Shown: one piece after another, positions 37,565-45,675 of the stretch
Position numbering within the stretch: position 1 is the first letter of the stretch
How the letters are laid out: each line of letters opens with the position of its first letter
Sequence record: MN871453.1
Strand: one strand, 5' to 3'
Length of the DNA: 64,000 bases
Notes under the pieces: generated by a model
The model's input: only the letters and a program-made list of their open reading frames with translations
Database searches by the model: none
Told to the model about the DNA's origin: nothing
Position numbers and translations under genes: made by a program

Positions 37565-37972
37565 TTATTCATCGTCTTCGAAGTCTTCCGGTACAGATTG
37601 GTAATCGTCATCGTCGTAGTCGTCCCAATCCTCTTCCTCGCTGTCGTCAAGTTCATCGATGATCTTGTTGTCAGCTTCTTCCATGAACCAGCCTTTCTCA
37701 GCCAGTGTAGCAGCAAAGACGTTGTTCCCTTCTTCGATCAGCGTTTCGGTCACCGCCCCTGAGTCATTCTCAGTAACGGCAACCACCGTGAGTTCTTCGC
37801 CGTCAGCGGTCTTATCGTTGACATCCGTTTTATAGAGTTCAAACCCTAACTGTTCGTTGACACTTTCTAATGTTTCAGAAAGGTCGAGTGGGTCAACCGG
37901 ACGGCCGTCGTTGTCGATGACTTCGAAAGTCTCTTCGTCGGTACTGAATTTCAGGATAGTGCGATTTGTCAT
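37565..37972 (-). CDS. highly acidic hypothetical protein
   Basis: Asp/Glu-rich, tail DDSEEEDWDDYDDDDY. Confidence 0.7.
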   Translation of the reverse strand: MTNRTILKFSTDEETFEVIDNDGRPVDPLDLSETLESVNEQLGFELYKTDVNDKTADGEELTVVAVTENDSGAVTETLIEEGNNVFAATLAEKGWFMEEADNKIIDELDDSEEEDWDDYDDDDYQSVPEDFEDDE

Positions 37973-38298
37973 TTCCAGTCCTCCTGGGTGCGTTTAATAA
38001 AGAGTGCGTCAACGACAGTCAGATCGACAGGGATCAGCTCAGTCGCCGCATGGGGTTGTATAAAGTAAAGCGTCAGAGTTGTGTCGTTGGTGAGTTTTCC
38101 AACCACGTTGTAAAGAACACCGTTGTACATTCCGGATGTACCGGTTTTCAGATTGAGTGCAACAATGAGTTGTCGTCCCAGTAAATCGCAGTTGTTACCA
38201 GGGTAAGTGTCGCGGATTTTAAAGAGTACTCGACCCACCTTTTCTTGCCATTCTTTCATTAACACATTGAGAATTGTTTCTCTTGTAATAACCTGCAT
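37969..38298 (-). CDS. hypothetical protein (late)
   Basis: Start reassigned to MQVITRE, AAGGAAG RBS, TATG motif at 38323-38326. Confidence 0.7.
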   Translation of the reverse strand: MQVITRETILNVLMKEWQEKVGRVLFKIRDTYPGNNCDLLGRQLIVALNLKTGTSGMYNGVLYNVVGKLTNDTTLTLYFIQPHAATELIPVDLTVVDALFIKRTQEDWK

Positions 38299-38320
38299 CT
38301 TGTCTTCCTTATTGGTCGTT

Positions 38321-38331
38321 ATCATAGAAAG
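38321..38331 (-). promoter_or_regulatory. late promoter (CTTTCTATGAT)
   Basis: TATG core. Confidence 0.6.
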
Positions 38332-38419
38332 TTTACTTAAAAATAGATTTGGGGTAGTCAAGAAAAACAGGCGGTATATTGCTATGTTAACACCTAAAAT
38401 GAACAAGGCATAAGTAGCG

Positions 38420-38632
38420 ATGAACTATTCAATCATTCCCACCACAGCGCAAAAGATTGTTGAGATTACCCGCAGTAAAATTGACCCGAATGCGGTCACG
38501 CTCATTTTCGAAGACGGGGCAAACGAAACATTTCTGGATTGGTTTGTCCAGAAACATAAACCAGCAATCGGTCGTTTTCTGGCCAAAGACACCGACGGTT
38601 TCCTGCACGTAGTAGACACGATCGACGCTTAA
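38420..38632 (+). CDS. hypothetical protein
   Basis: Ends at bidirectional hairpin 38641-38673; WF..KHKP..G...D.DG pattern. Confidence 0.65.
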   Translation: MNYSIIPTTAQKIVEITRSKIDPNAVTLIFEDGANETFLDWFVQKHKPAIGRFLAKDTDGFLHVVDTIDA

Positions 38633-38640
38633 AAGAACAC

Positions 38641-38673
38641 AGAAAGGAAAGGGGTTAGTCCCCTTTCCTTTCT
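38641..38673. terminator. bidirectional terminator
   Basis: 14-bp stem between convergent genes. Confidence 0.75.
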
Positions 38674-38917
38674 AGTCTATATTGTTTTTCAGGATGTCTT
38701 CGGCAGGGTAGAAATGATCTTCTACGATTTTACCGAATTGATGGGCGCCAGTGAGTGCGTTTTCTACGGGGGTGATGTAAGCGGCTTTATTGTCCCACGG
38801 CGGGAGAAGCTCTGAGAGCAACAGTGCGGCTTCGTTTAATAAAGCTAGGTTCTCGTCAGGGACGAATGATATTGTCTCTTGTAGGCTCTCTAAGAGCGCT
38901 ATACGGGGAGTAAACAT
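38672..38917 (-). CDS. hypothetical protein
   Basis: Convergent on the same hairpin; AAGGG RBS. Confidence 0.6.
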   Translation of the reverse strand: MFTPRIALLESLQETISFVPDENLALLNEAALLLSELLPPWDNKAAYITPVENALTGAHQFGKIVEDHFYPAEDILKNNID

Positions 38918-38935
38918 AGTTGACCCTTAAAGGTG

Positions 38936-39053
38936 AAATAAGACAGGGACCGAAGTCCCTGAACTTATAAATTAAAATGAATGTCTCGTTATTAACCGGC
39001 ACTGTGAGAAACGGTTAAATAGGAGTAATCGGAGGGTGTCTTATTTCCTCTTC
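38936..39053 (-). ncRNA. candidate early small RNA or structured leader (~118 nt)
   Basis: Promoter 39060-39068, no ATG ORF, cUUCGg terminator, 11-bp pairing of 5' and 3' ends. Confidence 0.4.
38944..38961 (-). terminator. intrinsic terminator, cUUCGg loop
   Basis: CAGGGAC-UUCG-GUCCCUG-UCUUAUUU. Confidence 0.7.
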
Positions 39054-39059
39054 ACACTT

Positions 39060-39068
39060 GTAATATAG
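39060..39068 (-). promoter_or_regulatory. early promoter CTATATTAC-N5-TG
   Basis: Contains the exact phiKZ early 8-mer TATATTAC. Confidence 0.75.
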
Positions 39069-39087
39069 ATGTGAAAAAGAATCGAGA

Positions 39088-40815
39088 TTAAGTAATTTTC
39101 ATCCACCAAATATCATTAATAAAATTCCCATCGATATCGGTGGTGGTAGTATTAGATCCCGACCCTTTCAAAACAGTACCTGGCATAGTTTTAATCTTTC
39201 TTGCACTTGCAACGGACACTGGTGGTTGAGATGGAATATAACCGATTTTAGGATCGGTAATATTAACATTGGTGCACGTTCCTGCTAATTGCACGGCGGC
39301 AGCGGCGGCTGTAATGTCAGCTGCTGACCATACTTGTGAAAAAGCAACAACGTTAGTTAAAACAGTGGCTGCTTTACTGTAATTGACCGTGTCTGTTATA
39401 GGTTTAAGAATATTTAAACCGTCATTATATCTGGCGTAATAGACCGAGTCCTGAATAACTAATCGAGGAACTTCACCCTGTAACAACGGGAAATTATTAT
39501 TACTAGCGAGATATTTACTGGTTCGAGAAACGGTGTCAATAAAGACGCAGTTCCTGACCACATTGTTGTAATTAATGTTACCAGAACGAATGTTGGTGCA
39601 ATAGTCGTAACCGGAAGAAGGATATGGTAATCGTTGAATACCGTCATTGAAAAAGAACGAAAACTCAACAACATTGTTACCTTGGCCATTCCTTCGATCG
39701 TAGAACCATTGCGCCTGTGTATAAGTGCCGGAATAGGGGGCGTACGCCGCTCGTGCTCCACCTTGTACACTTGTAGAAGAATTGCCCATAAATAGAATCG
39801 AGGCGCCATTGTTGAAGCCAATGATATTTCTTGCCACCGAATCCCACGTACAGTAATCAAAATCAATGATTTCATTATCGGTAACCGAAGGGTGCATACC
39901 ACCGCCGAAAATGTTTTCAATCATGATTCGATTACAACGCCATGTCCAAAACCCCGCATCGGCATATAGCGTTTCAGTGTTCTCTAACGCGTTATCCCAT
40001 CGGTATTTTGAATACGTAATATTCCGCATGACTGACTGATATTTGTCCACAACGTAGGCGGAGTTTAAAGACTCCACGCCAGCAAACTGACAGCCTCCTT
40101 TTGAGATTCCTGTCATCTCAATATTCTCTACTTTGACCCCGCGAGAATAATACGTCCCTTTAGAGTTGTCAGTAATATCATCTGCTTTCCAATGGTTCCC
40201 CACGATGTTAATGGATCTCGCTACATTGAAAAATGAAGAATTTCTGACACCAAAAACATTCGCCCTATTTGTGGCGGCACCATCTAAACGTATATTGACG
40301 GCGGAATCATAGTCTTTATGATTTCCGCTTCTGCCAATCGGATCGCTAATAAATTTACAATTATCAATCCATACGTCGACATCAGTTTCCACAGTTACCG
40401 GTGGCAATTCAAACCAAATAAAACAGCTACTGTTATTATCGACCGAAACAAGATTGTTTCGGGCATAAAACTCTATTCCGCTGACGGTAACGCTTTGTAC
40501 CTTACGTGCGGTCAAATGCATTGCACGATAGCTATACCCATCGAGCGCAGTGGCAGCTTTAAAATAGTCTGTGTTAATCCATTTTGGTTTTGGTCCAGTC
40601 CCATAACTTGTAATATAAGACATGGTCCCCGTTGTGTTGTACAAAGAGGTTAAGCCAAAATTAACGTTCTCATAAATAGTTGTCCCTGCTTTTAGTGCAA
40701 TAGTACAAGGGTGACTGAAACCTTGTGCAATCAATGCAGAAAACGTTTTAAATGGTGAGTCTTTTGTCCCCGTACCGTTCACTGATACGGTAGGATCAAT
40801 GTAATAATAGTTCAT
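39088..40815 (-). CDS. beta-helix protein without an anchor domain (putative depolymerase)
   Basis: Begins YYYIDPTVSVNGTGTKDSPFKTF; Asn-ladder beta-helix repeats. Confidence 0.7.
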   Translation of the reverse strand: MNYYYIDPTVSVNGTGTKDSPFKTFSALIAQGFSHPCTIALKAGTTIYENVNFGLTSLYNTTGTMSYITSYGTGPKPKWINTDYFKAATALDGYSYRAMHLTARKVQSVTVSGIEFYARNNLVSVDNNSSCFIWFELPPVTVETDVDVWIDNCKFISDPIGRSGNHKDYDSAVNIRLDGAATNRANVFGVRNSSFFNVARSINIVGNHWKADDITDNSKGTYYSRGVKVENIEMTGISKGGCQFAGVESLNSAYVVDKYQSVMRNITYSKYRWDNALENTETLYADAGFWTWRCNRIMIENIFGGGMHPSVTDNEIIDFDYCTWDSVARNIIGFNNGASILFMGNSSTSVQGGARAAYAPYSGTYTQAQWFYDRRNGQGNNVVEFSFFFNDGIQRLPYPSSGYDYCTNIRSGNINYNNVVRNCVFIDTVSRTSKYLASNNNFPLLQGEVPRLVIQDSVYYARYNDGLNILKPITDTVNYSKAATVLTNVVAFSQVWSAADITAAAAAVQLAGTCTNVNITDPKIGYIPSQPPVSVASARKIKTMPGTVLKGSGSNTTTTDIDGNFINDIWWMKIT

Positions 40816-40824
40816 CTAAACCTC

Positions 40825-42648
40825 TTAATTTGCGAGTTTTACCAACACGTCTATCCAAACTGCCGGGCCCAGATCTACTGGGGAGCTACTCAACGCTTCT
40901 GTTACCGTGATCGCGTTAGTTGTTGTATTCAGTGTGGCAGTAGTAAGGACTTGCCTAACGCTAAACGCAAATGTATGTGCAGTTGTATCAGTTGCACCAA
41001 TAACGTATCGATAACTGTTAGCATTATTTGGTATCTGAGGTAGCCTTATCTGCCAAGGCATATCTGTCGCAAGATCAGCACCTGTGATCGTGAAATTAAG
41101 ACTCGGTATTGTGCATGTTAATGAATCAACACCACTTTCAAAATTGGTGGCGTAACAAAAAGAAGAAACGAATTTCTTAAAGGGAGCGGCATTGATAACC
41201 GAATCAGCCGGGTGGTTGTAATGACAACGCAATACAGCATAACCCTCTGGTACGTCAAAACTCGAACCATCATTGAGTAACACGCGACGATAGTTTGACC
41301 CTGTATAGGCGGTGTTCGCCCAAATAATCCCTGCAGGGGTCGAACCACTGAGCGACGTCAATTGTGACCCGCCCATGTATTTATTCCAATTCCATGTGAT
41401 CAAGTTTGCATTTCCGGAGTTCACGCAAGTAGAACTCAAATAAGTGGAATGCGCCGGAGTTCTTAGGTAGAAATTCACCGTTCCGGTTGTTGTATCTTGA
41501 ACCAAACCAATAACCGGTTGGAGGGCGTTTTTTACATCGCTATTATCCAACATCTTACCCGAACCAATCCCTGTAAAACGAACGTACTTATTAATGTTGT
41601 ATTGAGTAAACGCGGTAACGACATCTGGTAAATTGACATCGAGAACATATGTCAAAACATTGCTATTTGTCGCGTTCCCAATATTAATTAAGCAGGAGAA
41701 ACGTGCGCCGATAAGATTGGATGGGTTTACAATAGTTGCGAAATTAATGAAGTTAGCATTAGCACTGTCTACGGTGAAGTAGGTGTCGTAAGAATTGGCC
41801 AGACTCCGTCCAATAGAATCAAGCTGAGCTAATTCTCTGACAGCTGTGCCGTTCGCCCAACTCCAACGATAACGCCCAGCGTCAGTGAAAGGGACTAACC
41901 CTGTTTGGAGCGGAGAAACAGTAAAGATTCTTGGGAGATTTGTGGTTTTATCATAACTCCACATGATCGCTGGGGAGGTTTCATCATCCGCTTGGCCGTC
42001 TACAGGGAATCGCGCAATGACGTCTTGATAAGGACCTCTCCAGTAGCCTGTGCCTTCAGCAAAAGGTACATGAATGTTTCTTGCAGTTCGGTGTCCGTCA
42101 ACGGTAGCTGAGGTTTTCAGTCTTCCGCGGTTATCAATGAGAATGGTACCCAGATTTTTCTTTCCGCCGAAGTTAATGCCAGCTACCGCTTGAATATCTT
42201 CAGGGGCCGGGTTGACGTCGTATTGACCTTTTACGCTCATTTGATCTTCAACGGAAATATCGTCAGAAGCAGAGGGCCCGTTTCCGTCAGTTGTTCCTTT
42301 ATTATCAATTTCGCCCTTAAATTCCGCTAACAAATTTTCAACGACGCTCAAAGCCTGATCAATTACCCCAAGATCTCTCCATGGGCCAACGTTAAAACTT
42401 CCTGTTGTCGTTACCAAGTTTAAAGTTCCATCTTGGTTTCTGGTGAAACTTTGCAACGTTCCCGTAGCTGAAACTGTTTCGAAACAGTTGTTTGTATTAA
42501 AATCAAAAAGCACGTTTACATTGGAAAGGTCGACATTTGCCTCGAGTACCGCTATTTGATTTGTTTCTAATCCCAGTAGAGTACAAAGGTTACGAAGAAT
42601 GATCTCTTTTGTTGTACTTCCGTTGGGTTGGACTAAACGATTTAACAT
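40825..42648 (-). CDS. tail fibre/RBP with CBA120 TSP1/TSP3-like N-terminal docking domain
   Basis: MLNRLVQPNGST...L.L......NVDLS....LFD N-terminus; no GA.GDG..DD signature. Confidence 0.7.
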   Translation of the reverse strand: MLNRLVQPNGSTTKEIILRNLCTLLGLETNQIAVLEANVDLSNVNVLFDFNTNNCFETVSATGTLQSFTRNQDGTLNLVTTTGSFNVGPWRDLGVIDQALSVVENLLAEFKGEIDNKGTTDGNGPSASDDISVEDQMSVKGQYDVNPAPEDIQAVAGINFGGKKNLGTILIDNRGRLKTSATVDGHRTARNIHVPFAEGTGYWRGPYQDVIARFPVDGQADDETSPAIMWSYDKTTNLPRIFTVSPLQTGLVPFTDAGRYRWSWANGTAVRELAQLDSIGRSLANSYDTYFTVDSANANFINFATIVNPSNLIGARFSCLINIGNATNSNVLTYVLDVNLPDVVTAFTQYNINKYVRFTGIGSGKMLDNSDVKNALQPVIGLVQDTTTGTVNFYLRTPAHSTYLSSTCVNSGNANLITWNWNKYMGGSQLTSLSGSTPAGIIWANTAYTGSNYRRVLLNDGSSFDVPEGYAVLRCHYNHPADSVINAAPFKKFVSSFCYATNFESGVDSLTCTIPSLNFTITGADLATDMPWQIRLPQIPNNANSYRYVIGATDTTAHTFAFSVRQVLTTATLNTTTNAITVTEALSSSPVDLGPAVWIDVLVKLAN

Positions 42649-42667
42649 GATTATTCCTTGTAGAAAG

Positions 42668-42689
42668 CCAGAGAGGGATTCCTCTCTGG
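42668..42689 (-). terminator. hairpin terminator
   Basis: ccagagagg/cctctctgg after tailspike stop. Confidence 0.6.
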
Positions 42690-42694
42690 TGTTA

Positions 42695-45373
42695 TTATAC
42701 CGTATAACGCCACGTCGAGTTCGTTAGCGTGACTGCGCCGGTGATCGTAATGTTGACCCTTTCTTGGTAATACAGCACCAAGTTCAACGGGTAAGTACCC
42801 GCGGCTGTATAATTGTACAATATTTGGTCGTTCACTTTGATAACGCATGTACCACCAGAAGGGACAGTCAAATCACCGTGGTACTTACCCGCGCGACGAT
42901 AATTATAGACGTAGTCAACGCCTGTTAATGGTAGTGCGGTTGTCGTCAAATCAACATGGGTAGCGTCCCGCATTCCAAAAGATGATTGTGTCCCGTCCCC
43001 ATATCGAATACGTGAGTAGCTTGTTTGTGCGCTCTGGAAATACGCCAGTTGACTTTGTAGCTTAAGGTAAATGACGTAATTAAAATTATTATCGTCCCAT
43101 TTACAGTTCCGAGTACTAAAGAAGAAATTGGGATTAGGACTGTCTACACGGACGATGTACATCTGATCTTCGGTGAGGTTAGTCCACCCAGAATGGGTAT
43201 TATAGAATTCGATATTATCGAGCGTCATTTTCCCGTAAAGAACAGTTGCGTCTACGTAGAACACAGGTTGCGCTGCGTAACCTCCAGCGTAGTAATCGAG
43301 ATTGTAGAAGATCCCTTTCGAAATTGTGACAATACCAGTATCATTAGGTTGACCAATGCGTTGTCCGGTATATTGTAACTTGGTCGTATCGTTAGTGACG
43401 TAGACCACTCTTGACATATACCAGCCCGTAATATCGGCAATGCCAACGTAAGCATTGTAGCCCATGCGAATAAACTCGCCAGGATAATACGCATTAACAA
43501 GGCCGATTGAAACACGGGAGTTACAGATTTCAATACAGTACGCGCCGGGGAGGGTTTGGGCAAGAGTCGGGCCGCCTTGGACACCAAAGATCTTGTTGAT
43601 AGTGATCGCTGGAGTATCCCAAATTCTGACGTGAGGACCGCCGCCTGAACCTACTAACAGACTTCCTATCGTTACTGTTCCGCAAGTATCAATAATCAAT
43701 CCACCTGTCGCCAGCAGCGGTGGGACAAAGTCTTCGTAATGTTCTAGTCCTACATCGTACATTTCTTTCAGAACGGAAGCTTGGGAATTATTCTGCTCCC
43801 AAAGGTATTCAACTTTACCTAAGCCTGAACCAGTGTTTCGAAGATAGAACCCGCGACCCACTGTTTTGTTATTCATCCTTAATGTACCAAGATTCTGAAT
43901 GGACGGTAGGACGACGGTAAGATCTGGCCACTTCGCTGTTACATCGGTATAATTAGACTTCCCTAAGGAGTAAAGTACGGTTCCTGCGTAAGCACCTGCC
44001 GATATCTTAATATCCGGGGCGTTAACCATACTTTCCAGTCGTAACGCGTAGTTAGTGTCCACCAAGCCAGCAATCTGTGCAGTGGTGTAATTATTGACTT
44101 GGAATGTCAGCGAGGTGTTGTCAATCTCAATATCGAACAGCGGACGGTTCGCTTGCACCACAAACCAACCCGCCCCTTGATCTAACGCATAACGCCCCGT
44201 AATACCGAAACGATCGCCGGAATTAGTTGGAAGAATCCACGACAGAGATTCAGGGAATGTTCCACAGCGAATATAATGGCGCTGAGCAAGGTAGACCACG
44301 CCTTTATCTAACCCGGTAATAATCGATTGCGGGTAACCGTTAGAGGAGAGTTGTCCGGCTGCTTTCAATGCATTTTTAAATGCGGTATCTTGGGGTGCGG
44401 TGGTTTGGTCGTAACTCTTAACGCCTGCCCAGGCGAGCTTCACTACGTTCCCATTGATTCGACGTTTCCAAAGTCTGCCTAATTTATCAACAAGATGAAC
44501 GCAGTCATCATCTGTTTTACTACCAGCTACGCTTTGTCGATCGAAAATCCCTTCCCCACCATCACCGGCGGTGCTGTAACCGTAAAGAGACAACGTGCTT
44601 GCATAACCCGTATAGTTGCGAAGATCAGCGTAATTCCCTGTACCGACCAGCCCTGCTCCATAGACGCTACTTAAATCAGCAGTAGCTACCCGCGCGCCTA
44701 TGGCGGCCTCTACGGTGCCGCCTGCTGCCATTCCGATATTTGCAGCACCTGTCGGCCCGCTAAATAGACTGAGCAACGCTTCGTTGACTTTCTCAATGTC
44801 ATCGCTACCAAAACAGATCGCTACTACGGTTTGATTTTCTTTTACCGGTGTAGCGAGTTTAAAGCTCAACATATCGCCAGCAACTAATTCAAAACCTACG
44901 TCTTTAAACTGACGCAAACCATCGACGTACACTTCCTGTACTGCGACATTCCCCGCTAAAGGAACCGTGAAGGTTTGCTCCCCGCCGTTACTTAACCCGC
45001 CATTATAAACCCACTGTACAATCGCCCCTTTATTCTTCAGAGCTTTATTCAACAGCGCGTAAGTACCGTAAGTGATTTGTTCACTATTAGCATTCAATAA
45101 CGGGGTGGCGCCACCGGCACTGTTAACCCAGCCTTGAACATGCTCTTTAGTATCGTCAGTGTAAACAAAGAACACATCGCCAGGAACCGTTGCCGAAACA
45201 CCCGCCGCAGTACTCGAGTAGGCGTTCTCAAACATGATACTTTCACGTAACGCACGGAGTGTTGTTTTATACGTGTCGTTTTCTTCTTTAACTTGGGCAA
45301 TGGGAATAAACCCATTCTCAGAGGCTACCGACAACGCCGGTAATTCAGTAATTTTTAAACTAGACTTATCCAT
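42695..45373 (-). CDS. tailspike with KISEL-type anchor, one XD-like branching domain and beta-helix body
   Basis: KITEL...FENAY...FFVYTD; WVYNGGLSNGGE...DGLRQ; DDDCVHLVDKLGRLWKR. Confidence 0.85.
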   Translation of the reverse strand: MDKSSLKITELPALSVASENGFIPIAQVKEENDTYKTTLRALRESIMFENAYSSTAAGVSATVPGDVFFVYTDDTKEHVQGWVNSAGGATPLLNANSEQITYGTYALLNKALKNKGAIVQWVYNGGLSNGGEQTFTVPLAGNVAVQEVYVDGLRQFKDVGFELVAGDMLSFKLATPVKENQTVVAICFGSDDIEKVNEALLSLFSGPTGAANIGMAAGGTVEAAIGARVATADLSSVYGAGLVGTGNYADLRNYTGYASTLSLYGYSTAGDGGEGIFDRQSVAGSKTDDDCVHLVDKLGRLWKRRINGNVVKLAWAGVKSYDQTTAPQDTAFKNALKAAGQLSSNGYPQSIITGLDKGVVYLAQRHYIRCGTFPESLSWILPTNSGDRFGITGRYALDQGAGWFVVQANRPLFDIEIDNTSLTFQVNNYTTAQIAGLVDTNYALRLESMVNAPDIKISAGAYAGTVLYSLGKSNYTDVTAKWPDLTVVLPSIQNLGTLRMNNKTVGRGFYLRNTGSGLGKVEYLWEQNNSQASVLKEMYDVGLEHYEDFVPPLLATGGLIIDTCGTVTIGSLLVGSGGGPHVRIWDTPAITINKIFGVQGGPTLAQTLPGAYCIEICNSRVSIGLVNAYYPGEFIRMGYNAYVGIADITGWYMSRVVYVTNDTTKLQYTGQRIGQPNDTGIVTISKGIFYNLDYYAGGYAAQPVFYVDATVLYGKMTLDNIEFYNTHSGWTNLTEDQMYIVRVDSPNPNFFFSTRNCKWDDNNFNYVIYLKLQSQLAYFQSAQTSYSRIRYGDGTQSSFGMRDATHVDLTTTALPLTGVDYVYNYRRAGKYHGDLTVPSGGTCVIKVNDQILYNYTAAGTYPLNLVLYYQERVNITITGAVTLTNSTWRYTV

Positions 45374-45417
45374 TTCGGTACCTGTATAGTCTGGGTAAAT
45401 AAGAGGGTATCTAGATC

Positions 45418-45428
45418 GTCATAAAAAC
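45418..45428 (-). promoter_or_regulatory. late promoter (GTTTTTATGAC)
   Basis: TATG core just after terminator. Confidence 0.65.
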
Positions 45429-45432
45429 ACAA

Positions 45433-45456
45433 GAGTAGGGCCGATCGGCCCTACTC
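45433..45456 (-). terminator. hairpin terminator
   Basis: gagtagggcc/ggccctactc. Confidence 0.7.
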
Positions 45457-45480
45457 GCTATGAACAACCTATAAAACAAT

Positions 45481-45675
45481 TCAACTACCGGAATCGTCTT
45501 CGCTAGTCCTGTCTTCTAAAAGAAAAGAACCATCCAGACCCTTTTCCGATAAGAACCCAAGTGCGGCTTCCTGATAGTTTTCTACTTCTTCAAAGAAAAC
45601 GATAGCCTCCCCCAAATCAATTCTGGAAAGAAAATAAACGTTCTCTCGCACAGTATCTTTGTAGATATAAATCAT
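45481..45675 (-). CDS. 64-aa acidic protein coupled to tailspike 45675-47660
   Basis: Start MIYIYKD overlaps upstream stop (TGATG). Confidence 0.55.
   Translation of the reverse strand: MIYIYKDTVRENVYFLSRIDLGEAIVFFEEVENYQEAALGFLSEKGLDGSFLLEDRTSEDDSGS

Noticed and set aside
38978-39019. 13-aa plus-strand ORF within the ncRNA candidate
   Set aside because: No RBS and no plus-strand promoter motif
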